Positions 1-9,899 of a DNA stretch of 64,000 nucleotides are shown here, piece after piece. Within the stretch, counting starts at the first letter, position 1, and each line of letters opens with the position of its first letter. Where the stretch lies: the NCBI GenBank assembly GCA_049967475.1, contig JBMFSQ010000011.1, forward strand, positions 32,001-96,000. Direction: 5' to 3'. Under the pieces are notes generated by a model, which had not been told where the DNA came from, ran no database searches, and worked only from the letters and a program-made list of their open reading frames with translations. The DNA comes from Chthonomonadales bacterium. GTDB lineage: Bacteria > Armatimonadota > Chthonomonadetes > Chthonomonadales > CAJBBX01. A program made the position numbers and the translations under genes.

Positions 1-631
1 CCGCCGTATTTTGGGTGCGCTTCGCGAGTGCGAAGATAATGTGGCCCTTTTGGCGCATATCTCGCCCGCTCGGCGCGATGAGGCCGTGCGTGAGGTGGAT
101 CGGGCTCTCCTAACACTCGGCCAAGCTCAGTCTCTCTTTCGCAACTTTCGCGACAGAGGCAGCCTAAGCAGGCGAGGAGCAGACCGCATTGCCGCTGCCA
201 TGGATCAATTGGAACAAGCTCTGGCGCAAACGGCGAGCGCATGCCTCAATGTCGTCCCGGAAATGGCGGAAGAGGATCCCGGCGAGGAGCACGTGCGCAC
301 CATCGCCATCACTACAGCCAATGCAGGAGGCCGCAGTCTCTCCTTTGTGAAGTTGGGCATCACGGCGCCGCAGGGCGCACGCGTATGGCCGCGGGAAGAA
401 GCGGGCATCCCGGCGCTGGCTCCAGGCCAATCGGCCACCGCCCAGTTTCGCGTCCGTTTCGCCGGCCCGGTGGATCTCAACGCGATCCAGGGCAGCGTTA
501 CGTACGTTGCGCGCCGTACGCCGATCCATTTGTGGGTACGTAACTACTGGCCTCCGAAGGTAGAAGACCGGCCGAAAACCGAGCCGCCCGACAAAGCTCC
601 CCAGACCATAGATGGAAAGGAAGTGCCATGA
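1..631 (+). CDS. Hypothetical protein, 5'-truncated by window edge (helical region then Ig-like beta domain)
   Basis: Frame is open to the window edge; stop at 629-631; no family motif recognised. Confidence 0.6.
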   Translation, partial: RRILGALRECEDNVALLAHISPARRDEAVREVDRALLTLGQAQSLFRNFRDRGSLSRRGADRIAAAMDQLEQALAQTASACLNVVPEMAEEDPGEEHVRTIAITTANAGGRSLSFVKLGITAPQGARVWPREEAGIPALAPGQSATAQFRVRFAGPVDLNAIQGSVTYVARRTPIHLWVRNYWPPKVEDRPKTEPPDKAPQTIDGKEVP

Positions 632-684
632 TCCGTTTACAAAACCCAATGGGCCGGCCGCAATTGAAGGCCGGTTGCTCGCGG

Positions 685-2322
685 ATGCGCGCAGTCTCGA
701 GGATATGCCTTCTTGCTGGGCTGGCAATTCTCCTCGCTCGAAGCGCCACGGCCCAGCAACCCACCGTGCGCTTCGTGCTGCAGGACGGCGCGCGGGTAAG
801 CGATGTTACCACAGTGGTTGCCCGCGCCACCTGCGCAGACAATTGCGATATTGCCAAGGTGGAGTTCAGTGTAGATGGGAAGCTTCGCTACACCGACACC
901 AGCACTCCCTACTCCTTCGACTGGGACACTCTACAAGATACTGAGGGACAACACACCCTCACCGCCACGGTATACGACACCGCCGGCCACACAGCCACAG
1001 CCACCATCACCGTAGTGGTGGACAATGAGCTGAGCAAAGGCGCCGACTACCACGCCGACGCCGCCCTCGCTGCCCTCAAGCAGGGCAACATGGACCTGGC
1101 GGTGAACTACGCCCGGCGCGCCCTCAAGATAGATCCCGGCAATCTCAAGGCTGCCAGAGCTATGGCGGCGATTGATCGCAAGCGTGGGGAGATTTCCAAG
1201 GCCATCGCGGTGTTGGAAAAGGCCAATATCCCGGAGAACGAAGTAGACGCTCGAGCAGATCTCGTAGGGTTGTACATCGCCGCCGCTAGGGATGCACCGA
1301 GTACTGAGGACTTCTTGACCTACGCGGCCAAGGCGATAGATCAGTACAAGCGGATGCTGGCCGCCAAAGAGGCTCAGCTTACCGCCGCTCAACAGGGAAA
1401 AAAGAGCCCGATAGCTGCAGGCGACACCGAGTTCTACGCGCATCAGTGGGAAGAGGCAATCAAACAATATCAGAAGTGTGGGGAAAGCCTGGATGCTCCC
1501 CTGGAATGCGCCAACCGGCTGGCCCTAGCCTACGTGCGTGCGGGCCGCCTAAGAGCCGCCGAATTGCTTCTGCACACCCTGGATCGGTCGCACCGGGCCG
1601 ACGCAGTGACCAATGCCGTGCAAGCCTATCTTCTAGTACGCAACCATGCCATGGACGATGCCCGAGCGCTGGTGAAGGAAGGAGCTTCCGGCGGGGCGCT
1701 GGCGCCGACGCTTGTTTTGGCCGCCATAGAAATCACCCAACAGAACACCAAACAGGCAGCCCGCCTTCTGGAGCGCGCAAATGCATTGGCGCCGGACGTT
1801 CCCGAGGTTCAGCTCCTTCGCGCCTATGTGCTTCCGGATCCCATTGATGGGGATCACGCCATCTTGAAGGCGCTCGAACTCGATCCCATGGCAGCGGAGG
1901 CCTATGCCGAGCGCGGCTTCCGCATCCTGCTTAGTACCGACAAGAACCGCTTCGCTTCAGCCGATGCCTTGTTCGCCTTCGCCCTCAAGCAAGATAAGTG
2001 GTGCCTTTGCGCCATGATGGGGCAGGCCCTCTCGTTGCTGTGGCAGCACCGGGCCGCTGAAGCGGAACCCATCGTCAAAGAGATCACCCGGATGGATCCA
2101 AACGGGGCCGACGTCCACATGCTGCGCGCCTTCTACTTCCAGGAGGCCGATCAAACGGCATACATTACTGCTGAACTGGATGCCGCGCGCAAGTGCGATG
2201 CAGACCGTTGGGGCGACGCCATGGTTCCAGACCCGCGGGACCTGGTGTCGCGCATCTTCAACTACCGTCCGGCTCTCACGCTCAGTCCGGCGTCGCTCTA
2301 CCCTGCGCCGGGCACGCCATGA
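685..2322 (+). CDS. Secreted Ig-like domain + TPR-repeat protein
   Basis: Signal peptide MRAVSRICLLAGLAILLARSATA; Big-type motif VEFSVDG...PYSFDWDT...HTLTATVYD; multiple TPR-like helices (ALKIDPGN, ALELDP). Confidence 0.8.
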   Translation: MRAVSRICLLAGLAILLARSATAQQPTVRFVLQDGARVSDVTTVVARATCADNCDIAKVEFSVDGKLRYTDTSTPYSFDWDTLQDTEGQHTLTATVYDTAGHTATATITVVVDNELSKGADYHADAALAALKQGNMDLAVNYARRALKIDPGNLKAARAMAAIDRKRGEISKAIAVLEKANIPENEVDARADLVGLYIAAARDAPSTEDFLTYAAKAIDQYKRMLAAKEAQLTAAQQGKKSPIAAGDTEFYAHQWEEAIKQYQKCGESLDAPLECANRLALAYVRAGRLRAAELLLHTLDRSHRADAVTNAVQAYLLVRNHAMDDARALVKEGASGGALAPTLVLAAIEITQQNTKQAARLLERANALAPDVPEVQLLRAYVLPDPIDGDHAILKALELDPMAAEAYAERGFRILLSTDKNRFASADALFAFALKQDKWCLCAMMGQALSLLWQHRAAEAEPIVKEITRMDPNGADVHMLRAFYFQEADQTAYITAELDAARKCDADRWGDAMVPDPRDLVSRIFNYRPALTLSPASLYPAPGTP

Positions 2323-2328
2323 TACAAT
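2320..2328 (+). promoter_or_regulatory. Extended -10 promoter for rnpB (TG-A-TACAAT), overlapping the upstream stop codon
   Basis: TGATACAAT ends 6 nt before the P1 5' strand of rnpB. Confidence 0.65.
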
Positions 2329-2334
2329 AATCGT

Positions 2335-2682
2335 GGTGCAGAAGGTCGGGTGGTCGCTCCGCTTTCGTGGCGGAGAGGAAAGTCCGGGCTCCACAGGGCA
2401 CGATGCCGGATAACGTCCGGGCGGGGTGACCCGACGGAAAGTGGCACAGAAAACACACAGCCGGCGCCTTGGCTCCGGCAACGGTGAAAAGGTGCGGTAA
2501 GAGCGCACCGGCGGCCGGGAGACCGGCCGGCCTGCTAAACCCCATCGGGAGCAAGGCTCAGTATGGAGGGGATGATGCGGCCCGCGGACCCTCCGGGTTG
2601 AGCCGCTTGAGGCCGCGAGCAATCGCGGTCCCAGAGAGATGACCACACAAACACAGAACCCGGCTTACAGACCTTCTGCACC
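2335..2682 (+). ncRNA. rnpB: RNase P RNA, bacterial type A
   Basis: GAGGAAAGTCC, ACAGAAA, GGTGAAAAGGTGCGGTAAGAGCGCACC, AAACCCC..GGAGCAAG and ACAGAACCCGGCTTA motifs; P1 GGTGCAGAAGGTC pairs with GACCTTCTGCACC. Confidence 0.98.
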
Positions 2683-2714
2683 CCGAAAGCCCGCCACACC
2701 ACATCGGGTGGCGC

Positions 2715-4865
2715 CTATCGGTCCTCCTTCAACTCCTCTTCGGCGTTTGGGGCCTTCTGTACGGGAACGCCGCCGAAGGTGAAGCGAAAGTCATCGGCAT
2801 TGGCCTCGAGGATCGCCATAATCGGGGTGCGGGCGGGGTCGCGTCTGAGGAACGGGATAGGGTCCGCCCCATTGGGCCGCACCTGAAGCGTTACCTCCTG
2901 CACGCCGGGTCCCGCCACTTCTTCGTTGGCCGCCCAAGCATAAGGTAGGCCGAGGAGCCGCACCACGACGTTGCCGTTGAACCCATTCATTCTGTGGATG
3001 ATCACGCGCACCGGCGTAGCCGTGCGGGGCTTCACCAATATCGGCGCATGATCGGCCAGCTCTACCGTGAAATCCGCCCGGCCGCGCACAGCTACTACGC
3101 ATTGAGCTCGGTTGGCGGTCCGCAATTCATTGTTCAGGCGATAAACCTCCTGGGGCACCACCCGTACCACCGCTTCGCCTGCCGGACCACGTCCGCAGGC
3201 TACGATGCGGAAGGGCTGAACCAGCGGCTGAGCGTTCGGAGCGGCAGTGAGGATCAACCATGCAGATTGCCGATCCGGCTGGATCATCGCCGTGGTAGCG
3301 GACACGCCGGGCGGCAGATCTGCCGCAGTCACTTCGATATCCCCCTGCACGCCTTCCCGCCGCAGGACGATGACTTCCACTCCAGCCGAAAGGCCGGGTC
3401 TGAGGGTCACAGCGTCCGGCCTGGCCACACATTCCAATCCAGGCCGCGCCGGCCGCATCTCTACGCAGTACGCATATTCGGGGCCTCCGCGTCCTGCTGC
3501 CTCTTCGATGCGCAAGGTGTGGGGCCGATTGGACTTGAGGTCCACAGTCGTACGGTTGTCCCGTTCAACCGCCGCAATCACGTGCCCGTCAGGATCCAAG
3601 AGGGTGGCCCGGATGGCGGCAGGAGAACCGATGCGTTCGCCGAATGCCTCGATTTCATACCGCCCCGATCCGAGAACGGTATAGGCATCCGGGGCTCGCA
3701 CTGCCGCGAAATGCCCGGCGAAGGCAGCCGGCAACTGCACGGCCTTGGATCCCCCAACCGTAACGACGGGGTAGGGCGACACGTAGAAGGGCGCCGTACC
3801 GAAGGGCGTGCCCACCTGCGTAAGGCCTGCTTCTGTAGGCGCGCGCAGCTCCACAGCCGTCCTCAATCCAACCGTATTCTTGCCCTCTACATAGCCTGCC
3901 ACGCGCGCGCCTGTGCGGCCGGCTGGAGGCACCAGTACCGTGTCATAGGGCAAGTGACCCATGTCCAGCCGGTATACCGAAGCAGGATTGCCGCGGCCTA
4001 GGAGGTCTCGCACTTCGACGATGTAATCGCCGTCCCTCGGGCACTGCCAATCCAGAAGAGGATCCAGTTCATAGTAGCCGTGGTTCTCGGCCAATTCGTT
4101 GCCGTCGGCATCCAGAAGGCGGAGGACAGGGTTGAAGAACATCTGGGTGGCTTCATTGAAGCGAAACGCCCTCAGGTTGAACACCAGCCGGTCGCCGGCA
4201 TGGGCCGTGAAGCGGTAGTAGTGGCGCTCGCCATTTGAAGTGAAGCACCCATTGGCCACACAGGGAAGGGTAACACGCTGAGCAGAGGCGAGCCTTCCAC
4301 CCACGCCCACCACCTCGGGCATTCGGCTCACCTCGAAGAGCGCTGCCGTAGACACTCCCCGCGGCGTCGCGAGCCTCAGTTCGTAGACGCCCGGCGGGGC
4401 ATCCGGTGCAACCGTGATCTTCGCCGTTACCTTCCCGGCCCTGGCCGCACTCTGCAGATACTGAACGATCTTATCCGCATCCTCGGGAGCGATGGGCGCG
4501 TTGTTCTGCCGAATCATTCGCTGGACCGTTGCAGCCCATTGGGCCGGCGTCATGGAGCGGTTCGCCGGGCTGCGGAGTTCGTGGCACGAGCCGCATTTTT
4601 GCTGCCAAAGCGGCTTGTAGCGCTCGTCCACTTTGGACCCTCCGGGCTCAACGGTGCCGGACACACCGCTGCCCGTAGCCAAAAGGAGATCCGCCCCTTC
4701 CAGGTTCGCCCCGCGGACCTCCACCTCTACGGTGGTTCCGGCTCGGGCGCCCATAGGGAAGAATGCGTTGACGCGAGGCGCCTGTGCGCCGGCACACAAA
4801 GAAGCCAACAGGAGGACACCCCCAACGAAGCATTCCCTTGCAGCATGTAAATGGCGGCCCATCAT
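2715..4865 (-). CDS. Exported PPC/pre-peptidase-domain protein with inserted monoheme cytochrome c domain
   Basis: Signal peptide; FPMGARAGTTVEVEVRG start; DPLLDW..P.DGDY.VEVRD PPC motif; CGSCH; ATG at 4865 lies just after the WD40 stop. Confidence 0.8.
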   Translation of the reverse strand: MMGRHLHAARECFVGGVLLLASLCAGAQAPRVNAFFPMGARAGTTVEVEVRGANLEGADLLLATGSGVSGTVEPGGSKVDERYKPLWQQKCGSCHELRSPANRSMTPAQWAATVQRMIRQNNAPIAPEDADKIVQYLQSAARAGKVTAKITVAPDAPPGVYELRLATPRGVSTAALFEVSRMPEVVGVGGRLASAQRVTLPCVANGCFTSNGERHYYRFTAHAGDRLVFNLRAFRFNEATQMFFNPVLRLLDADGNELAENHGYYELDPLLDWQCPRDGDYIVEVRDLLGRGNPASVYRLDMGHLPYDTVLVPPAGRTGARVAGYVEGKNTVGLRTAVELRAPTEAGLTQVGTPFGTAPFYVSPYPVVTVGGSKAVQLPAAFAGHFAAVRAPDAYTVLGSGRYEIEAFGERIGSPAAIRATLLDPDGHVIAAVERDNRTTVDLKSNRPHTLRIEEAAGRGGPEYAYCVEMRPARPGLECVARPDAVTLRPGLSAGVEVIVLRREGVQGDIEVTAADLPPGVSATTAMIQPDRQSAWLILTAAPNAQPLVQPFRIVACGRGPAGEAVVRVVPQEVYRLNNELRTANRAQCVVAVRGRADFTVELADHAPILVKPRTATPVRVIIHRMNGFNGNVVVRLLGLPYAWAANEEVAGPGVQEVTLQVRPNGADPIPFLRRDPARTPIMAILEANADDFRFTFGGVPVQKAPNAEEELKEDR

Positions 4866-4866
4866 T

Positions 4867-5946
4867 CTAGCGCGTCCTCCCAGACCTGGGCGTCTGAGGG
4901 CGGGCGGCAGGCATTTCCTCCACGCGTTCATCCATGAAGGTGAGCGTCTGTACGAGTTTGTTCCCATCCACATCCCAAATCCACACGACCCCGTCCCTTC
5001 CGCCGGCGGCAGCGAGTTTCCCCTCGGGGTTCAGGGCTACGGCATAAACGGGGTGTTGTGCCTCCTTGAAGTCGCGCATTCTGCCGCCGCTGCCGGCATC
5101 CCATACCGTAACCACGGCATCCATGCCACCGGTGACGAGGCGCGTACCGTTTCGGGAGACGCCCAAGGCGAGGATTGCTCCATTGTGCGCCTCGAAGGCC
5201 CGGTACAGAGACCCGCTCCAGGCGCGCTTCTTGGCGTTGTAGGAGATGGACCACCACCGGAGCCATCCATCCAGAGCGGAGCCCACAAACTGGTCTCCGT
5301 TTGGGAGGAAGGCCAACCCCGTGATGCCGGCGGGGCTCTGATCGAAGTTCATCACCGTGCGCCCCGAGGTTTCGTCCCAAGCCTTCACTACCTTGTCCAT
5401 GGCGCCGGTAAGGAATACTGCATTGGGCCGGGGCGAAAAGGCCACCGACGCCACGCGATCGTTGTGCTCGTCGAGTTCGGTGCTGCTGCCTGCGGCCCAA
5501 TCCCGGAAGTAACGCACCTTGTTGTCGTCGGAGCCTGCGGCGCAGAGGCGACCGTCGGGCCCAAAGGCGATGGCTTCCACACAATCCTGCTGGACAGGGC
5601 CAAGCTTGGCCGCGCCGGCCCCGGAAACATCCCAAAAGATCACCCGCCCGCTGCGCGACGGCAGGCCGGTGCCGATGGCAAGGATGCTTCCTCCCGGGTG
5701 CCACGCGAGGGCTCGAGCTGCGTCCTCCAGGTTGTGGAACTCGGCTACCGGCCTCCATGTTGTTGTGTCGAAGACCACCACGCGCCGATAGAGGCCCACA
5801 GCCAGCCGCGCGCCGTCGGGAGAGAAAGCCAAAGCAGCCACCGCCCCGGGATCCGCCGCACAGGGCGCCTTACACGCCCATAGTAAAGCGGCAGCGAGGA
5901 GCGCCTGGGTGAAAGCCAGCAGGAATCGCAGCACACGGGAGCCCAT
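4867..5946 (-). CDS. Secreted WD40-repeat protein
   Basis: Repeated AFSPDG/GSDD..V..WD motifs, about 7 blades; signal peptide. Confidence 0.9.
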   Translation of the reverse strand: MGSRVLRFLLAFTQALLAAALLWACKAPCAADPGAVAALAFSPDGARLAVGLYRRVVVFDTTTWRPVAEFHNLEDAARALAWHPGGSILAIGTGLPSRSGRVIFWDVSGAGAAKLGPVQQDCVEAIAFGPDGRLCAAGSDDNKVRYFRDWAAGSSTELDEHNDRVASVAFSPRPNAVFLTGAMDKVVKAWDETSGRTVMNFDQSPAGITGLAFLPNGDQFVGSALDGWLRWWSISYNAKKRAWSGSLYRAFEAHNGAILALGVSRNGTRLVTGGMDAVVTVWDAGSGGRMRDFKEAQHPVYAVALNPEGKLAAAGGRDGVVWIWDVDGNKLVQTLTFMDERVEEMPAARPQTPRSGRTR

Positions 5947-5961
5947 GGTAATCCCCGCTCG

Positions 5962-7278
5962 TTAGGCGACGGCCTTTCGGATGTGGGTCCCGCCGCGGGC
6001 CAGCGTGATACGCACTCCTTCCGGGGACGATATAGACTGGGTGTAGTCTATTCCCAAGCAATGGTACACTGTGGCGGCAAGGTTTTCGGGCTTCACCGGT
6101 TCCGAGGCGGGCTCCATCCCGCGTGCATCGGAGGCCCCCACGACCATTCCTCCCTTTACGCCGCCGCCTGCCAGAACCACCGAGAAGACCCTCGGCCAAT
6201 GATCGCGCCCGGCGTCCTTGTTGACGATGGGGGTGCGGCCGAACTCCCCCATCACGATCACCAGTGTGCGCTTGAGCACTCCGCGCTCGTGCATGTCACG
6301 AATGAACGTGGCGAAGGACTGGTCGAACTGGGGCATAAGGCCATACCGCAGCGCGTTAAAAACGCCCACGTGGTTGTCCCAACCGCCGAGGGTCACGGTG
6401 ACAAAGCGAACGCCGGCCTCCACGAGCCTGCGCGAGAGAAGGAGCGACTGCCCGAAGGTGTGCCGGCCGTAGGCATTGCGAAGATCATCCTTCTCTTGAC
6501 TGAGGTCGAACGCAGCCCGCGCCTCGCTTGAGGAGATGAGGGCGTAGGCGCGCTCATAGAAAGCGTCCACGGCTTTGGCTCGGTCGCTGCCCTGCTCATG
6601 CTTTTTGAAAGCTGCATCCACCACATCCCGAAGGGCCCTTCGCCGGTCCAGCTTCTCCTGGGTCATACCCGGCGGCAGATCGAGGTCGCGCACCCTGAAG
6701 TTGGGCGATGCCGGATCGGCGCCCGGATAGAAGGGGTTGAGGGCGGCTCCGAGGAACCCGGCACCCATTTCGTCTGCAGGCTGCTGGATCGAAATATAGG
6801 GCGGGAGAGCGCTGCGGGGTCCCAGCAAGCTGGAGGCAACGGCGCCGTAACTGGGCACGGCAAACCCGGGCAGCGGCAGGAAGCCGGTAAGCATGTAATG
6901 CGTGCCGATCTCGTGGGCGGCCGCGGGGCTCGTTACACTGCGCACGATGCACAGCTTATCCATCTGTTTGGCAACATTGGGCAGATGTTCGCAAATCCGG
7001 ATGCCCGGCACGCTCGTGTCCATGGGCTTGAAGTCCCCTCGGATCTCCAAAGGGGCCTCCGGTTTGAGATCCCACGTGTCCAGATGACTCGGCCCCCCGG
7101 CAAGCCAAATGAGGACCGCGGAGTCGGCGGTCCCATTCGTCTCACCGCCATTTTCCCGTGTGGCCTCGGCCAATGCGTAGTACTTGGAAAGGGAAAGCCC
7201 CATGAAGCTGAGCACTCCCACCCGAAGGAAGTCCCTTCGGTGGAACTTTTCGCAGTCTCCTAGCCAGTTGTAATCCAT
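5962..7278 (-). CDS. DUF1501 family protein (Tat-exported, sulfatase-like fold)
   Basis: RRDFL Tat motif; GGPSHLDTWDLKP, GWDNH, GEFGRTP, GRDHWP; RBS GGAGG. Confidence 0.92.
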   Translation of the reverse strand: MDYNWLGDCEKFHRRDFLRVGVLSFMGLSLSKYYALAEATRENGGETNGTADSAVLIWLAGGPSHLDTWDLKPEAPLEIRGDFKPMDTSVPGIRICEHLPNVAKQMDKLCIVRSVTSPAAAHEIGTHYMLTGFLPLPGFAVPSYGAVASSLLGPRSALPPYISIQQPADEMGAGFLGAALNPFYPGADPASPNFRVRDLDLPPGMTQEKLDRRRALRDVVDAAFKKHEQGSDRAKAVDAFYERAYALISSSEARAAFDLSQEKDDLRNAYGRHTFGQSLLLSRRLVEAGVRFVTVTLGGWDNHVGVFNALRYGLMPQFDQSFATFIRDMHERGVLKRTLVIVMGEFGRTPIVNKDAGRDHWPRVFSVVLAGGGVKGGMVVGASDARGMEPASEPVKPENLAATVYHCLGIDYTQSISSPEGVRITLARGGTHIRKAVA

Positions 7279-7339
7279 CGGGTCCTCCTGCCCTGGGATG
7301 CCTCCACCCCGGGGAGCACGCATGATGCAGGCAACGCGC

Positions 7340-9658
7340 CTAATGGTTGAAATAGAACTCCCTTGCGGTAATGAGCGCCCACAAAAGGTCTTGGGCGCGC
7401 TCTCGTCGAGCAGCCTCCAGGTTCTGCGCTGCTTTGGGCCCCGTCACCGCCTGCCCGGAAGCATTCCCGAGTCCCGCGGGCGAGCTGCTCGCAACCCGCA
7501 CCAACCGTTGGGACGTCGCAGGCCGTGCCGGCGGTTTGGCGGGGGTCCGGACTGTGTCGCCACGCAAGACCCGCCCTGCCCGCGCCACCTCGGCAGCGGA
7601 AGGCGTGCGGCACAGGGTGCGCAGGTAGAGCGCCTTCACCAGCTCGTCATCCCCGTGCGTCTCCTTCAACACCTCACCTACCGTGGCGCCGTGCTCGATC
7701 TTGTTCTCGATGTAGGGCGAGTTGATCATCATGAGCGTCTGCACGAGGTTCGGCTCGAGCTTCGGATTGATATCGGCCAGGAACTCCCGGTGGGATTGCC
7801 CGAATGCGGTAAGGAATTCGTTGGACACCGGAAGCATCGCCTGGATGGCGCGGTCCCGATCTTCGAAGGGGCTGAAGCGCTCATCCGCACCCGTGGCTTG
7901 GTTTACCACGTCCAGCAGAACCTGGGCGGGCATGGGCTTGGGTTGATATCGGGAGAAGAAGCGGTCATCCAGACGGTTGGACGCATTAGGCACAGAGCTG
8001 AGCTGATAGGTACGGGACGTGAGGATGAGGCGCACGAGCGCGCGGACGTTGTACCCGCTGCGCACGAACTCCGTCGCCAGAGCTTCCAAGAGGCCGGGCA
8101 CCGAGGGAGGCGTCGTCTGGCGCATGTCATCCACGGGCTGGATGATGCCCCTCCCGAAGTAGTAGGACCAGATGCGGTTGACGGCGGCACGCGCGAAGAA
8201 AGGGTTCTTCGGGCTTACGAGCCAATCCGCCAGTTCGCCGATCATATCATCGGAAGGCGGCGCAGGCTGCCCGTCCCCTAAAAACGTCGGCTGGGCAATC
8301 TTGCCCCGGTTGCGGCCTACCACGGACTGGTTTCTCAGTTGTGCATTGTTTTCCGGCACGATCACCATCTCGTCGTAGAGGCGCCCGCCGCGGGCACCTA
8401 CCTTCGCGCAGAATGCCGAGAAGTTCCAGTAATCGTCGGTAGTCCACCGGTCGAAGGGGTGCTTGTGGCAGCGCGCACAGGCCATCCGCACGCCCAAGAA
8501 CGCCTGGCCGATCGTCTCCATGCGATCGTTGGGCTCGCGTTCTATCCGGTAGAAGTTGGCGGGGCCCACCTGGTAGGTAGAACCCTTGGCCGTAAGGATC
8601 TCTCGTACGAAACGGTCCCAGGGTTTGTTTTCCTTTACGCTTTTCCAGATCCATTCATAGAATAGTGCTGCGGCTCGGTCCGCCAGGCTCCCGTTGTTGC
8701 CCAGCCGGCGCGGGTTCACCCGGAGCAAGTCGCACAGCCGCAGTGTGTAAAGGTCTGTAAACTGAGGGTCCGCAAGAAGGCGGTCCACCAGCTTCGTGCG
8801 CTTGTTGGCATCGCGGGAACTGACGAATTCCTCGATCTCGTCGGGGGTGGGCAGCCGCCCCAACGTGTCCAGCGTTACACGGCGGAGGAATTCCTCGTCC
8901 GAGCTTAGGCGCGAGGGGAGCACGTTCAGCCGGTGCAAGTTTTGGAATACGAACCGGTCTATGAGGTTGCTTTGCGGGAGAGAGGGATAGGGTCCGCGGC
9001 GCGCCTGGGGGACAGTAATGAAGGAAGCCGCCACTGCGCCAAGATACCGGCCCAGCACCGCCCCTCCGCCCCACCGCTTAGCCTGCACCCAGCCTTCGGG
9101 CGTAACGCTCAAAACCGCGTCGTTGGTGGATTGAAGCACCGCCTGAGCGGTAACATCCCGCACGCTGCCATCCGTGAAGCGCGCAACGGCGCGGAGCTTT
9201 TGCTTCTGCCCCACCCGCGCGAAGGCCACGGTGCTGGGAGCAAGGGAGAAGGACACGAGGCGGGGATCCTTTGGGCTGAAGGGAGCGCCGGCCCGGATCC
9301 ATCTTAGGATGGTGCGGTATTGGGGCGAACCTACCGCAAAGCGCTGGCCTCCGCCGTGGGGCACCTGCATCGTCGGCTTGAGGAGGATCAGGCTCTTTTC
9401 GGGAGCAGCGAAGTTGACGCGGCGCCCGCGACCGCCGTACACGATGGGCTCGTAATCATCCTCGGGGCTCAACGTTAGAAGCGAAAGCTGGAAGCCGCCC
9501 CTCCCACCGAACTTGCCGTGGCAGGCGGCCACAGAACAACCGCTCTTGTCCAGGATGGGTGCGATGTCGCGCAGGAATTCGGGTGCGCCGTGTTGGGCCT
9601 CAACCCGGATTGCACAGAACGCAAACAGAACCCCTAGAACCCAAGCGGAAGGACGCAT
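7340..9658 (-). CDS. DUF1549/DUF1553 (PSCyt2/PSD1) protein with Big_2 domain
   Basis: GCSVAACHGK, FLRRVTLDTLGRLPT, CARCHKHPFDRWT, NPFFARAAVNRIW.YYFGRG, EFYFNH C-terminus. Confidence 0.92.
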   Translation of the reverse strand: MRPSAWVLGVLFAFCAIRVEAQHGAPEFLRDIAPILDKSGCSVAACHGKFGGRGGFQLSLLTLSPEDDYEPIVYGGRGRRVNFAAPEKSLILLKPTMQVPHGGGQRFAVGSPQYRTILRWIRAGAPFSPKDPRLVSFSLAPSTVAFARVGQKQKLRAVARFTDGSVRDVTAQAVLQSTNDAVLSVTPEGWVQAKRWGGGAVLGRYLGAVAASFITVPQARRGPYPSLPQSNLIDRFVFQNLHRLNVLPSRLSSDEEFLRRVTLDTLGRLPTPDEIEEFVSSRDANKRTKLVDRLLADPQFTDLYTLRLCDLLRVNPRRLGNNGSLADRAAALFYEWIWKSVKENKPWDRFVREILTAKGSTYQVGPANFYRIEREPNDRMETIGQAFLGVRMACARCHKHPFDRWTTDDYWNFSAFCAKVGARGGRLYDEMVIVPENNAQLRNQSVVGRNRGKIAQPTFLGDGQPAPPSDDMIGELADWLVSPKNPFFARAAVNRIWSYYFGRGIIQPVDDMRQTTPPSVPGLLEALATEFVRSGYNVRALVRLILTSRTYQLSSVPNASNRLDDRFFSRYQPKPMPAQVLLDVVNQATGADERFSPFEDRDRAIQAMLPVSNEFLTAFGQSHREFLADINPKLEPNLVQTLMMINSPYIENKIEHGATVGEVLKETHGDDELVKALYLRTLCRTPSAAEVARAGRVLRGDTVRTPAKPPARPATSQRLVRVASSSPAGLGNASGQAVTGPKAAQNLEAARRERAQDLLWALITAREFYFNH

Positions 9659-9819
9659 AACACCACCCACAACCTGCCGCCCTACTGCCGAACCTGCGAC
9701 CCTGTACTTGGAGGGACGCCATCAAGGTTTCGTTGGTTCGCTCGTTTTTGCGCGGAACAAGTTATCTTCCTTCCGGCGCGCCGACGGTGCAGGTCCCCAA
9801 TTGCGCAACCAGACGGCTT

Positions 9820-9848
9820 ATTATCTCACAGTCCTTCCGTTCTGGCAA
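9820..9848 (-). promoter_or_regulatory. Sigma70-type promoter for the DUF1549 operon
   Basis: TTGCCA-17nt-GATAAT with TG extension. Confidence 0.55.
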
Positions 9849-9899
9849 GAGGTAATCTCTGTTATAATCGGGAATTCTTCCTCCTCTCCACGCTTCCTC

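Noticed and set aside
1957..2646. 229-aa minus-strand ORF and other ORFs over 2180-2646
   Set aside because: Shadow ORFs across rnpB
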